From: Amoebidium appalachense
Lineage: Eukaryota; Protista; Ichthyosporea
NCBI GenBank assembly: GCA_963693365.1
Contig: CAVNZM010000013.1
Location: 6,958,713 to 7,022,712 of the forward strand
Direction of reading: 5' to 3'
DNA: 64,000 bases
How positions within the stretch are numbered: the stretch's first letter is position 1; each line of letters begins with the position of its first letter. Under the pieces are notes generated by a model. It saw only the letters and a list, made by a program, of their open reading frames with translations. It was not told the DNA's origin and did no database searches. A program made the translations under genes and the position numbers. Shown in pieces: positions 43,139 through 56,956 of this stretch.

Positions 43139-44580
43139 GGTCAGTGTGTACACGTTTGTGTGGTAGTATCATACGGTGAGGGGGAGGAGAGGGAGGAATG
43201 GGGTTTAGCATTATACGGGTGAGTGAGTGCTTAGTTGCACCGTGGCGCTGCTGCGTATGTGAGTGTGTGTGTGTATTCTTTGGCACAAGCAAAATTGGTA
43301 CTGTTGTCAATCAATGGGATAGCATACGATTGCCCACACGTGACAAGACGAGTGATAACTTGCCAAACCTAACACCTTCCTCCCCTTCTTCCCCTTCCTC
43401 CCCCCCCCCCCCCCCCCCCCCTTGGGGTTTTCCATCCATTCCACAGCAAGGAAAAGAGACCCCCGTGATGCTTTCCCGTCAGACCATTCTTGACTGTGCG
43501 CCATTTCTCAACATGAGCCATGGGTGCCATGGCGGTAGTCCCCAGGACGTAATGAAGTACATGCACAAGAGACCCATCCCCGATGAGTCGTGCAATCCGT
43601 ACCGTGCCGAGGATTACACCCGCGTAAAAATCCCCCCCCCCCCCCACCCACCCACCCACCCACCCACCCCGCCCACGGCCCCACCCAGCCCTGCCCAATG
43701 GCATGTCCGCCTGCCCCGTCCACCCTATGTACATGGCATCCCGTGCTCGTGCGTCGGAGTTCATAACGAAGGGAAAAGGTTAAGTTTTCGTTTTACACTA
43801 TCGGTTGCCGCTTTTTCCATTATTTGCCCATGTATTGCCAAATTATAGTGTCATTTCCCTAAATTGCCTGTACATGGTTACTGTCCCCACGCATCCCCCC
43901 TCCCTCTCCCCCCTCCTCCTCCTCCCCCCCCCCCCCCCTCCCCCCCCCCCCCGGTTTCCCCTTTCCCCTTCTCCTCCTCCTCCTCCTTCTCCTCTCCCGA
44001 TGTCCCAGCACTAGACCCCACTCCTTACCGTCTAGCAGATGTCCTTTTTGGTTTCAAGTGACCCTAAGCGTAATTTTCCTCCTGGTCCACCATTTGCCCC
44101 CCCCCCCCCCCCCCCCCCCCTCTCCCCCCCCCCCCCCGGAGCATTCACCCCACCCGGTAGCAACCCCCGGCCCTCGCCCCCGCTCGTCCCTTGTCCAGTT
44201 CTGTTCACTGTTTCTATCTGCAACAAGTTCTCGTTGAATAGTGCCAATATCGAGGTTTGTGGTAACACATGCTAAACCGTTTTCTTCCCTCGTCGTCCCC
44301 TTCCCCATGCACACACACACACACACACACACACACCCATGAACGTACAGTTTGGTACGAACGCAACCACATGCCCGTACGAGGGCTACTGCGCCAACTG
44401 CATGCTCAAGACGAAGGACGGCAAGAGGGTTAATGAGTGCTGGCCCGTGGTCAAGCCCATCCGTTACACGGTTAAGGACTTTGGCCCCCTGCCCACGAAA
44501 AATGTCGATGCCATGATGGTGGAGATCTTTGTGCACGGCCCAATAGCTTGTGGTGAGTTACTTACCCCCTCCCCCCCTCC

Positions 44581-44629
<49 letters not shown>

Positions 44630-45819
44630 CACACACGCTTTCACAGTGACATACACACACACACAACCTTGCACCCGCCCTCCCCCCCCTCCCCCCTCCC
44701 CTCTAAAAGGAAGAAGAAGAAATAAGCACACGGCACACATCATCACACAAATGCACGTGCACCCTTCTAACTAACCATTTCCAATTTATCGATCAGGTGG
44801 AGCCACGTATCAGTGCAGAGCAATAAATCCTCAAATCCCCCCCATCCACCTCTCTCCCCATCCACCCACACACTCCACTCCACCACACCTACCCCGGTCC
44901 TTTCCCTCTTGCTTCCCTTTACACACACACATACACACATACACACACACACTAACCTTTTTACCCCCTACAGGTGTTGATTCCTACGATGACTTCATTT
45001 ACAACTACCGTGGTGGTGTGTGGAAGAAGCAGCCCAACGTCACAGCCATTGATCACGTGGTGGAGGTGGTTGGGTGGGGGGAGACAGCAGAGGATGGCCC
45101 ATATTGGGTGGTCCGCAACTCGTGGGGTGAGTGTGTCCACGTCTTTCAGTAACACGTAAATACACACACATGTACACGCATCCACCAGGTACGCAAGCAC
45201 AAACATCTGGGCACAAGCAGACAAAATCTGTATGCTCACACATCGCAATGTCCGTCACCCTTACCCCCACACAACCTTCCTCCTTCATTTCCTTCCCCTT
45301 GCCCTTTCCTCCCTCCCCCCCCCCCCCCCCTTTTCCCCCTTCCCTCCCTGAGGATGGGCTCTGCTAATGACGCATACTGTGCGCATTGCTGATGTTGCAT
45401 ACTTGAATATTTGCCTTTGCATGTGTCCTGCACCATGCTTCTCATCGTGTATGTGTACTTTGTACCGTGTTCCGCATTTAAACCCCCCTCCCTCTCCCTC
45501 CCCCCTCCCTCCCCCCACTTACACATGATCTGTTTCACGAACGCCTGTCCCACATGGAGTCCCGATCTAGACCACTGCCATCCTGATCGTTTTCTCACCG
45601 TCTCATTGCATGGCAGGTACCTATTGGGGCGAGAAGGGCTTCTTCAAGATTCCCCGCGGAAACAATGCACTGGCATTGGAGGAGGACTGCTGGTTCGGTG
45701 TTCCTGATTGGTCGATTGAGAAGGCAGTAGATGAGGGCAAATTGTGCGGCAGCATGTATGGCCTCGTGCCCAACCCGGATGCCAAGAAAAAGGATGACGA
45801 CATAGATCTGGAGCTTTAA
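41644..45819 (+). CDS. CTSZ: Cathepsin X/Z-like papain-family (C1A) cysteine protease, 7 exons, 1-nt frame break in exon 2
   Basis: Exons 41644-41736 (signal peptide MRSLFASTVAGLAALGVVAG), 42224-42308, 42746-42895, 43447-43623, 44351-44552, 44974-45126, 45617-45819. NQHIPTYCGSCWAH contains the cathepsin X HIP mini-loop and the catalytic Cys. Also GCHGG, GPIACG, IDHVVEVVGWG (His) and WVVRNSWGTYWGEKGFF (Asn). Confidence 0.92.
42984..43259. repeat. ~122-bp direct duplication separated by poly-G, in cathepsin intron 3
   Basis: 42984-43105 and ~43137-43259 are near-identical, each preceded by a G tract. Confidence 0.9.
44951..44973 (+). promoter_or_regulatory. Canonical branch point (ACTAAC), short pyrimidine tract and CAG acceptor of cathepsin intron 5
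   Basis: ACTAACCTTTTTACCCCCTACAG; a similar CCTAAC lies at ~42724 in intron 2. Confidence 0.6.
45349..45482 (+). repeat. Poly-C-embedded intronic element, long subfamily, in cathepsin intron 6 (opposite genomic orientation, same host-sense orientation)
   Basis: CCC-TGAGGATGGGCTCTGCTAATGACGCATAC...GTGTACTTTGTAC...CGCATTTAAA-CCC; closely matches the reverse complement of 57310-57434. Confidence 0.85.
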
Positions 45820-46298
45820 AAAAAATGAAAATATTATATGTACGAAGAAGGATTTTGAAATGTTGAATAGGACGACTTGCCTCTTTTTTAGAATATTTCG
45901 CAAGGGAAGTTAGCCTTTTTCGACAAAGATTGCTCTTGGACAGTTTGTGGAAGTATTTGAACGCAAGGAGTTGCTTTTTAGGTTCCGGAAGGGGAAATCA
46001 CATCCGTATCTGCCATCATACACGTTGTTTGTGGGAGGGCTTTCACCCTTTTTTGTTCTTTTGTTTCTGGAGCCCTTTCCAGTAGTTTAGTTGGGTCAGG
46101 TGTTTTTCTTGTAAAATAGTTAGAACAAAAAGAAAGACTGCAGAAAGAAAGAAAGGTGTGAATGTTTCCAAACACGCAAGCATGCGGCATCAAAAGTCCT
46201 AATCCCGTAGCCACAGTGTGGTATCTGTTCTCGATAAAATGACCAAAAGACAGAAAAGTCAAACCTTTTCTCACACCCATAGATCATGCCCCCCTCTC

Positions 46299-46343
<45 letters not shown>

Positions 46344-46861
46344 ACACACACATGCCCATATGACTGTGCACGCCATCCGCTCCTTTCCCATATAACTTCG
46401 ATTGTTGGCAACACTGCATGTACGGCACATGTTGCATAACGTACCGAGCCTCAGACACCATTGTGCCCACGGGGACAGTGTTTGTGCGCGGTGGTGTGCT
46501 TAGTATCTGGTACAGGCACTAATAGTATGTGCACACTGTCAGCATGTGCTATTCCGATGTTCTGTGGAGCTCTTGCCACCCCATAGTACATGTGGTGTCC
46601 AGCCTTACGTTACGTGTCGAAGCACTCCCCCGGTGGGAGTTTGGGTGGGTGGGTTGGGGTTGCGTTTTTGTGTGGGTGGGTGGGGAGGGGGAGGAGGGGG
46701 GGCTTCAACCTGACTGCCATCTGAAACAAAACTCAGACTGAGTGCGCACATATGTATACGGGCACCCAGTACTGGTACCATATACAACTTTTCAATGCTG
46801 AAAAGTTAGGAAGTACATAAAATCTCTCGCAATCACCCAGGCACCCAAACATAAACGGTAG

Positions 46862-47485
46862 ACGCTGCCTTCTCTCTCGGTGTTGTTCTGCAGTAAAATA
46901 CCTTATGAACGGTTTGGCAGTGCTACTAGATGAAGCGGGTGGGGTTGTTTTGTTTGTGCGATTGACAGTGGTGATTGGAGGGGGGGGGGGGGGGGGGGGG
47001 GGGAGGTGCACCTGTGTGGCTGTGTTTGTGTGTGTGTGTGTGTTTGTGGGAGCGGGGAAGGTTAGAAAGGAGGGCGAAAGGGGTGAATATAGGTTGTTGG
47101 AATTTTTGTTCTTAGTTTGGCAGTAGGGGTGTGCCTTGTTGTGCAGGTGAATGGACGTGTTTGTGGGACAGAGGGGGTGGGCAATGGGGAGGGGGGCACA
47201 CCACCTGACCACCACTGCCAACCTATGGAACAGAAACCCCAACAACCTTAGTTCACCCCTTTTGCCCTCCTCTCTACCCTTCCCCGCTCACACGGAACAA
47301 ACACACAAACACAGTCACACACATGCCCCCCCCCCACACACACACACACCTTTTCCCCTCTCTCTTTCCCCCCTCTAATCACCACAATCGCACAAACAAT
47401 ACAACCCCAGCCGCTTCATCTAATAGCACCAAACCGCTCGTAATGGTTTTTTACTGCAGAAGGACACCGGGAGAGAAGCCAGCGT
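46862..47485. repeat. Long imperfect inverted repeat (~260-bp arms, ~90-bp spacer), intergenic
   Basis: Left ACGCTGCCTTCTCTCTCGGTGT..TTCTGCAGTAAAA..TAGATGAAGCGG..TTGTTTGTGCGATTG is mirrored by CAATCGCACAAACAA..CCGCTTCATCTA..TTTTACTGCAGAA..ACACCGGGAGAGAAG.CAGCGT. Confidence 0.85.
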
Positions 47486-47491
47486 GCGCCC

Positions 47492-47547
<56 letters not shown>

Positions 47548-49748
47548 GGAGATGGGGTGGGAGGGGGATCCGGGCTGGAAGGGGGGCAGATCAGGCAGGG
47601 AGGGAGGGGGGAGAGGGGGGATATTTCGACTCCGAATCTGGACGGAGGGATGAGAGGGGAAGTGGAAAGGAACATGCTCCAACGAGATGCTCAATGTATC
47701 ATGCTAGCACTTGCACGTGATACCTGTGACATATGAGGGTGTTTGAATGTGCACGTGTATGCCGTATAGTGGGTTGTCACGTTGTTAGTAGGTTGTGCGA
47801 TGCTGATGCTGCTGCCTGCATGTCATTTTTTCTTTCTTTCCTTCTTTGTTGTGTTTGCCCCTTTATTTCTTTCTTTTTCTCTTTTGCCCCTTCCTTTCTT
47901 TTTCAAACTTATTAGGGAAGGAAAGAAGGGGGAGAAAGGGGAGAGGGGGGGGGGGGGGGGGGGGGGGGCTACGGGCAGGTGTCAGAAACGGTTTTCTGGC
48001 TCGGAAAAAACATGCACTTTGGTGTTCTGTTCGGTGTCTAAAGAACTTATCTATACCTTTTGATTGATAGCATGCGGATAATTTTCAGTTTCTCTTTAGC
48101 GAATAGTCGTGGGGCGGCAACTGTCTGTCCTGAACCACACATCAGTCCCAACCCTCAAGAACCAACCTGCACACACCTAAAACAGATGTGTGCACAACCA
48201 AAGGAATTTCCACCCCGACATACAATGACCAACACTTGCCCATACTATGCATGTGCATGTCTTTCTGCCGGGTTGTGGGACCGGAGGACAACATAACGCC
48301 CAATCCCCATTTGAATATGTACCCACGGTGGGCCCTCCATCTCCATTCTCATAGGGGCAAACAGAGTGAATGCCCCACACCCTAACGGACCGTGTGTGAA
48401 TATCCGTTATTCGTTCTCTCGACTTGGTTTACTAGAACCGATGGAGGTGTAAGTATGTGCTGCATACTTCAGATGCAAGAGAGGAATTTACGAGCAAGCC
48501 AATACTAAGTGCATATTAACGCCTATGCCATACCCGAACACTTAATGAAATTTATGCACATATTCAGCTTGGGTAACTGGCAGAATTAAAGAAAACAACC
48601 AAAGTACTCACATACCCTGCCACTGTAGTAGACAGTTGTAAGGCGATAGGCAAAGTTTGACACAAAAATTCACAGCTATGCACATGCTTTCAAAAAAATG
48701 TTTAGCACAATAGTTGCACCAACGGTGGTGAAAGCAAGGGTTACAAGGCCACTGCATATGAGAGAAAGAGCAAAAGAGCTCGAGAGAAAAAGTGGTAACC
48801 CCCCCCCCCCCCCCCCCCCGCCCGCCCGCCCCTCCCATTCTCGTCCCCCCCCCCCTCCCTCCTGCCCCCCCCCCCCCCCCCTTCCTCCTGCGGGGGGTCT
48901 GGCAGTATTCATTAGAATACAGATATGGAAGGCCCAGAGTCTCTTGCCTCCCTGCTGATTTCTAAGCCTAAATGTGGTATGACCTAACCTCCCGTATATT
49001 CCTGTTCCTGCCACCATTGCCCCGTCTGTTCTCGCATCTCATTGGCTGGTGCAGAACCGCAAATCTGAACTCAGCAGTGCAGCTTAACCTTGCCACCCTG
49101 GATGTGGGGGGTAGGGGAAGGGTGGGATGGGGGTTGCGGAGGGCGGGGAGGGGGAGGGGGGGGGGGGGGGGGTAAACCGAGTCCGGGACTTGCTATCTAC
49201 CCACCTCCCCCCCCCCCCCTCCCTCCCTCCCTCCCTCCCTCCCTTCCTCCCCCCCCCCCCCCCCTCCCCCCGCCCTGCCGCCTCCCTCCCCCTCCCCCCG
49301 CCGCCCTTTCCCCCCCCCCCTCCCCCCACCCCCACCCCCATTTTTTTCCCGCGGGGCTTCTGAATCAGGCAATTATGCGTGGAAGCACGTGCCTCTCCAG
49401 CGTCTGAAAAATCATATGTATGCCATATGACCCAGTATAAATTTATATCCCGTTCGCCAATAAGATCAGCCCGAAATCTGGCCGAGGGGCATAATTTAAA
49501 AAAAAGACGGACTTAGACGCTAGCGTTATCTTATTGCCGGCGAATCTTTATGGCGGACGGCATCTGTATACAGCCAGACTGAATTGGATCATGAGGCAGT
49601 AGACAAAAGGTTTTGGAGGGATCGAGAACATGGGAAACGGGGTGGGGGCTTGCCCGGGTCTCCGGGGAGGGAGTTAGGGGGAGGTGGGGAGAAATGGATG
49701 GATTGGCCATTGAAGGTATGTGTGTGTGTGTGTGGTGGTGGTGGTGGT

Positions 49749-49791
<43 letters not shown>

Positions 49792-50030
49792 GGACGTAGC
49801 CAGCCCGGATTGTGATTAAGAAATGGGTGCCGGACAGTCACGGTATGAACTCTAGACTAAGCTACCACAAAGCCTTTGCTGTTGTGAATTCAAGCTTTTA
49901 TTGACCTTTTGTTTGTGTGCATGCCTTTCCATCCAGGGTTAGTGTTGCTGCCAGTATGGAAGGTTGTGCCTTCAACGGGACCTAGTCTATTGGGTGGGAA
50001 AACGATATGTTATCTTTACCCAACTCCTTG

Positions 50031-50077
<47 letters not shown>

Positions 50078-50182
50078 GGGAGGGGGACGGACGGACGGAG
50101 GGAGGGAGGGATGAACTTTCATCATTAGTGGTACTACCCTGCTTTCCTGCACCTCCTGTCCCCCCCCCCCCCCCCCCCCCCT

Positions 50183-50214
<32 letters not shown>

Positions 50215-51430
50215 AACCACCATCCGATTCGCCGGAACTTACTTCTCTGCTCAGATATCAAATTGTAGAATTTTGGTCTAATAGACACATCCCTCCCCCC
50301 TTCCCCCCCCCCCCCACACACCCAACACCCTCCTTCCCCTCAATTCCCTCAAACACACACCCACATCCACACAAACACACACACGCACACACACACACAC
50401 GTCACCACTCCTTTGCCTCCTTTACCATAATGTTTAGGTGCACACTTACACCAACACCTCACCGTTTCGGCCCTCTCACAACCGCATGTGCTGATGCATT
50501 TACGTGTTAGCAGCCGGTTTGACCGGGTTTCCATATAGCCCTATAAGCATCATGACACAAGGCAAATACAAGCATGAACTGCAGTTTGTGCCGCAACTAC
50601 ATGGTTATGGATATTCCTACTTTTTTTTATTGTTTTATAAAAACTCTTTTGATTGAAGGGTGTGGTGAACTATGCCTATGTATTTACACATGCAGTACTG
50701 TGACAAGTACATACTAGGTGGAAAGGGTACACGGGAATGAGCAGGTGTGTGTGGGGATATTGATGAGGTTTCTTTTCGTTTTTGTAACACTGTGCGTGTA
50801 TGTGTTTGTACATGGTGTGTGTGTCTGCGGGGGGAGGGGGGAGGGGGGGAGGGGAGGGGAGGGGAGAGATCGAGGCAACCACACAGCTATATGAGTGATT
50901 ATCAATAATTTATTCATTTCATGTATCCGACAACTTTGGCTCCCAGGACGTATTTACATGGCCCGAACTACATCGTTTGACGGAACAAGGAGGAAATTGA
51001 CCACACGGGGGTACTGCAATGCATGCAACAGAAACAAGGGAATGACTGAATGCTATAAAATGGCAAAAAGGATTTGTTTCGGCTCTCTACAGTAACTGTT
51101 ACTTAGATATGTTGAACACTCATCTCGCCGCCACCTGTACAAAAATGTGTTCTGGCCTTTATTTGAACCTCTACCAGTGTATATATAAACATGGTGGAAC
51201 GACGGCCATTCAAACACTCAATCTTGTGTTGTGCAATATATCAGAGGTTGACAGTCCTGCAAAATTCAGCATTAACAGCGTTTCGCTCGCTCCCAAAAAA
51301 CCCAACCTTCGTTAACTTCATGTACGCCAACATGCAGAGACGAGGCACTGCTCGATGCATTTCCCGTCTCTAACCCCCCCCCCCCCACTTACACGCACAC
51401 GCACACACACACACACGCGCGCGCGCGCGT

Positions 51431-51544
<114 letters not shown>

Positions 51545-51643
51545 CCCTCCTCCTTAAAAAAAAAGGGTCAATACAATCGATCTAACCTAAATACGGAATG
51601 AAAGGGCCAGCGAACCAATTAGCAAAAGAAAAAACACATAGAG

Positions 51644-51679
<36 letters not shown>

Positions 51680-51743
51680 CAAAAAAAAAAAAAAAAGAAA
51701 AAGAAAGAGGAACACCAACACACCTAATTATCAACAAAACTCC

Positions 51744-51931
51744 TCATTCGGACCCATCCCCCCGTTTGACTTTTCGTCTCCGTGCCGGGTGTGACGTCAC
51801 AATCTGGCGCATTTCCCGCAGGTCCACGTGCCTGCCCCCACCAACATTCACCCTCACATCTGACTGGCTGCTGCTGAACCGCAAATATGCACTCTCCAAG
51901 GCAGAGGAGTATTCCGGAGAGTAGGCCTGCC

Positions 51932-51995
<64 letters not shown>

Positions 51996-52040
51996 GACGC
52001 GAACATATAAGGCTGTGTGGAAGACGATTCCGTGCGGAGA

Positions 52041-52072
<32 letters not shown>

Positions 52073-52366
52073 GGGACGATACTAGAAGGAAAAAGGAGGG
52101 AAAGAATGGAGATGGAGGCTGGGGGCACTATAAAGAGACACGGAGCTTGGAGGGGGAAGGGGGGGGGGGGGGGGGGGGGGTGGAAGAATGGTGAAAGGGG
52201 GAGGGGGGTGGGGTGGGGTGGGGGGGGATGATGAGTGAGTGAAAGATGGAATGTGGGGGGATGTGGGGGGGGGGGGGGGGGGGGGGGGGAAGAAGAAGGG
52301 GGTATTGTAGTCTGAGCTATGGGATGCCAAGGGTGGCTTTACGTGTGCTGTGCCCCGTATAGACAG

Positions 52367-52425
<59 letters not shown>

Positions 52426-53626
52426 GAGGGGGGGAAAGGGAAGGGGGGGGGGGATCATTATCACCTACCCTGTGGGAATCCGTCAGCCAATACCACACAA
52501 CAGGGGCTGCCTTGTGCCTTTTGGCACTCCCGTCACTCCGATCCTCTCCCTTTACGACCTCCCCAGATTCTTCTTTCTCGCTAAATCCATCCTTCTCCAT
52601 ATCCCTTCCCCTCTTCCCTTCGCCTTGTTTTTCCTCGGAAATCTCCCCAATTTTGCTCTCAATTTCATCAAGACTTTCCCCGCTACTCGTTCCACCATAC
52701 ACATCTTCATTAATTTCACGAGTTACAACTTCATTTTCTGACTTTTCTGAGGTTTCGAATGAAACCCCCTGTGCCGGATCGTCCCCTTCATCCAAACCCC
52801 AATCCAGAGCGTAATTTCGGAAATCCCCGATTCCCTCCGGTCCGTAAAACGTACTGCCATATGCAACGGTCGACATCTTTCCCAACGAATCCCTCCCCCC
52901 GGGGAAAATGTCGTTTGCCCATGGAATATCGGATTTTGTGTATGGGGCCGGGGGGAGTGAATACGGAATTTGGAAAAGAACGGGGATTTTCGTGGAGGGT
53001 AGAGCACCCAAATCCGACCACGGAGTTGCAAATACGATGTTTTCGGCTGTCAGCGGGGGGCGCTGCATGAGAGAACAATCAGCATTTGGCTTGTATGTTT
53101 GTGAAGAGGATGTGTAGTAGAACAAAAAATGCGCAAGCATGAAAGCACATACACAGACACACAAACACACACACACAAAACACACAACTGGACCCGCACC
53201 CGCACACATACACATCTCCATCATCCCCCCCCCCCCCCCCCCCCCCCTTCCCCCCAAACACACACACACACACCACCACCAGCACCTTACAGGCCTCCTC
53301 TCTTTGCTCATTTCTCCATCAACCCATCCTTCAACCACCCATTAACCCACCTGTCCACGACCACCCACACCCACACACCCACACCCACACCCACACACAC
53401 CTACACACCTACCCAAAACCATACACACCTATCCCCCCCCCCCCCCCCTCCCCCCCCCCCCCCCCCCCCCCCGCCGCACACACGCACCTGCATGCACTTC
53501 TCATCCCAGGGGTATTTGGGACCCAGTGGGGTACATGTGAAGTTGACTGCTTGGGGGGCCGTGCTTGCATAGAGCGCAGGGTCAAAGAGAACCCCTAGCT
53601 CGTAGGACCTGTGTGTGTGTGTGTGT

Positions 53627-53662
<36 letters not shown>

Positions 53663-53800
53663 AAATATGCGAGTGGGGTGCAATGCGGTTCCATAAGGCG
53701 TCGTTAAAACAATACGAGTACAACATCAGCATGAGCTCTGTACGTAACCAACTTGAGTACCAGGTGTGCACTGGGTAGGAACACATGAGCATGCCTACTT

Positions 53801-53840
<40 letters not shown>

Positions 53841-54342
53841 CCCCACCCACTCCCTCCCTCTTCCCCGGGGTGGATTTGTGAAGGGGGTTGGGGGAGGGGG
53901 AGGGGCGAGGGGGGGGGGGAGGGCGGGGGGTTTAAATGCGTCAAAAAGTACGAAGTACACAAGAACAAACGGATAACACGATGCAGAATGCAAGCCATAC
54001 ATAAAGAGTATGCATAATAAGCAGAGCCCATGGGGGGGGGGGGGGGGGGGGGGGGGGAAGGAAGAGGGGGGACGGAGTAGGCATAGGGGTGGGTGGTAAT
54101 GGGGAATGGGGGTCACTACAAAAAGAATAAAAGGTCCTTTCGCCGCTCCCCCCCCCCCCCCCCCCCCCCCACACACACACACCCCCACCCCCCCCAGACA
54201 CACACACACACCACACAAAAACGAAGAATCATAAAGCAACAAGGAAGGGATGCCATCGGAAAGAGCAAAGGAAGAGAGGGAGGCTGACACACACGGGAAG
54301 GGTGGTGAATTACAGCACAGTTGTGTGTGTGTGTGTGAGTGA

Positions 54343-54393
<51 letters not shown>

Positions 54394-54482
54394 TGTGTGT
54401 ATCCCCCTTTCCCCGATCCCCCTCTCTCTCTCCCCCACCTCTCGCTTTCTCTCTCTGTGTGTGCGTGTGTAAATGTGTGCCT

Positions 54483-54517
<35 letters not shown>

Positions 54518-54760
54518 TAAATACACACACACACATACACACACACACACACATATAGGCAGGCAAATGGGGTGAAGTCAGGTAGGCCGACAGCCGTGTA
54601 TGTGCAAGCTTCTTCTTCCCACCTACCTTTGTTGCATTCTTTTCTCTCTTTCTGTTCTTTTTGTATTGGTGTGTGGTGGGGGTGGAGGTGGTTGCCCATG
54701 GGGAGAGGTGGTGATGCTGGTGGTGGGGGGGGGTGGGGGGGGGGGGGGTGGGGTGGGGGG

Positions 54761-54810
<50 letters not shown>

Positions 54811-55580
54811 TGGTGGTGGTGGTGTGTGTGTGTGTGTGTGTGGGGGGGGGGGGGGGGAGGGGCATGCGAGAGAGAGAGGATCAGAGGTGCGTGGGGAGGC
54901 AGGGGGGGGGGGGGGGGGGAGGTGGTGGTGGTGGTGGTGGTTCGGGGGAGGGGGGAGACCAACCTGACCATCAGCTGTTCTGCCTTCTTCTGCCACTCCC
55001 CCCAGGCTGCCTTGGACAGGTTTGACGAAGTTACAGCAAACCACGCCATGGTACCCCCCCTCTCGTCCACCCGGCAGTATGTTTTGATGTGGGGCATGGC
55101 CAGTTGCCGTGCATATTTCACCCTATACTCCATGGGGGTGTCCGTGATGTTTTGCGAAATTTCGGGTGAGAAAAATTTGTGCATGAGGTCGCGGCCGCGG
55201 AAAGAACGGAGAAACGGCTTGTTGTTTTTGTTTGGGACGGGAATGGAAACGCCTGCCCTCCAGCCCTCAACTGATTGGCGTACCTGAGCCATTCAAAAGA
55301 CGAGAAAACGTTTAGGCGAGTGATCCAAAACCGAGATTACAGATTCGGAAAAAGCACACCCGACGACTCAAGGAAAACAAGGTTTGCATGATTTTCGTCC
55401 AGTCTAGACAGGCACATATGGCAGAAAGACGGTCTATCATCCTACCCCCTCCCCCCCTCCCCCCCCCCCTCCTTCCCCATCCCCCTTAAAAAAAAAAAAA
55501 AAAAAAAAAGATCCGCCTTCATCTGACTATATCAATAAAGTCATTATAAAAAAAATCTGACTATACAATATTCCCAACCA

Positions 55581-55624
<44 letters not shown>

Positions 55625-55793
55625 AAAAAGAAAGAAAGAGAAGAAAGAAAGAAAGAATAAAAAGTAAAAGGAAAAAAAGCACCTCACAAACACCACCATA
55701 AAAAGTTGAAAAGACCCATCGGCCAAGTGCACAAGACCCCTCTCCCCTTCTCCCTGCCCCCCCGACAACCACCTAAACACACAAAAACTGCAT

Positions 55794-55825
<32 letters not shown>

Positions 55826-55871
55826 AGGCTCGTCCCGGGGGCGCCTCCTCAGTGTTGAAACCCACCCAACT

Positions 55872-55964
<93 letters not shown>

Positions 55965-56925
55965 AATCCCCCCCTTCCCCCCCCTTCTGCCCCCCCCCCC
56001 CCCCTCCCTCCCACCCCCCTCCATACGCTAAACATAGACAAGTTCTCCCCCCCCACTCCCCCCTCCCCCCCCCCAAACACCCCATGCATATGCTTACACA
56101 CACTCCCATTCAATTTCCCAATATTTAGATAATATTGCGTAAACCTTGCACACATCCACTAGCTCTTTTCTCCCAACCCTCCCCCCTTCCCCCCCCCCCC
56201 CCCCCCTCCTCCCTCCCTTCTCCATTCCAATTCCCCCCCCCCCCCCCCCCCCCCCCCTTTCACGGATACACTTTCAACTATACACACATCATATTTTCCC
56301 TCCCCTTAGTTCAACAACCACTACCCACCTCCTCTGTCGTTGGAAAAACCAGTTTGAGCTTCGGCTGTTGCTTCATGAGCCCCCCCTTTATTCCCGAAAT
56401 TTGGTCATATCTCGATTTTCCGGACAACACGGCCGGCAGGAGCTGCTCAGACACCCATTTTTCGTCCAGGCTCCCCAAACTCGAGTATTGGCATATCACT
56501 GATGAGGTTTCTGCCTTCCAATATTCCTCCGGGAGATTTACATTTTCCAGTTTTTTCTTCAACCCCCCCAGCCCACATTTCTTTGATGCACCGGCTGTGT
56601 TTCGGTGGTACCCGGGCACAGAGGCAATCAGGTGAACCGTGGCGTTTGAAAAGTCGTAATTTCTCAGTTTAGACGAATCAAACCCTCCCACCTGCGTGAA
56701 ATAAGCCACAAGATCGTCCTCAAACACGCTTGTTGTGGGACTTTCCGGGGTTTTCAGCGGGAAATCCTGGCACCAAATCCCCTGCAAACCAGGATATAAT
56801 CAGACCTCAAACTGTTTACTTATGTTCATATCAAAACATCTTTCCGGCACTTGGTGGCTGCAGCAACCGGCTGTTTTTCTCTTTTTCTTTCTTTCTTTCT
56901 TTCTTTCTTTTTTTTTTTTGTTTTT

Positions 56926-56956
<31 letters not shown>

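Noticed and set aside
49450-49545. Short imperfect inverted repeat TTCGCCAATAAGAT...ATCTTATTGCCGGCGAA
   Set aside because: Single copy in the window with no TSD; too weak to call a MITE.
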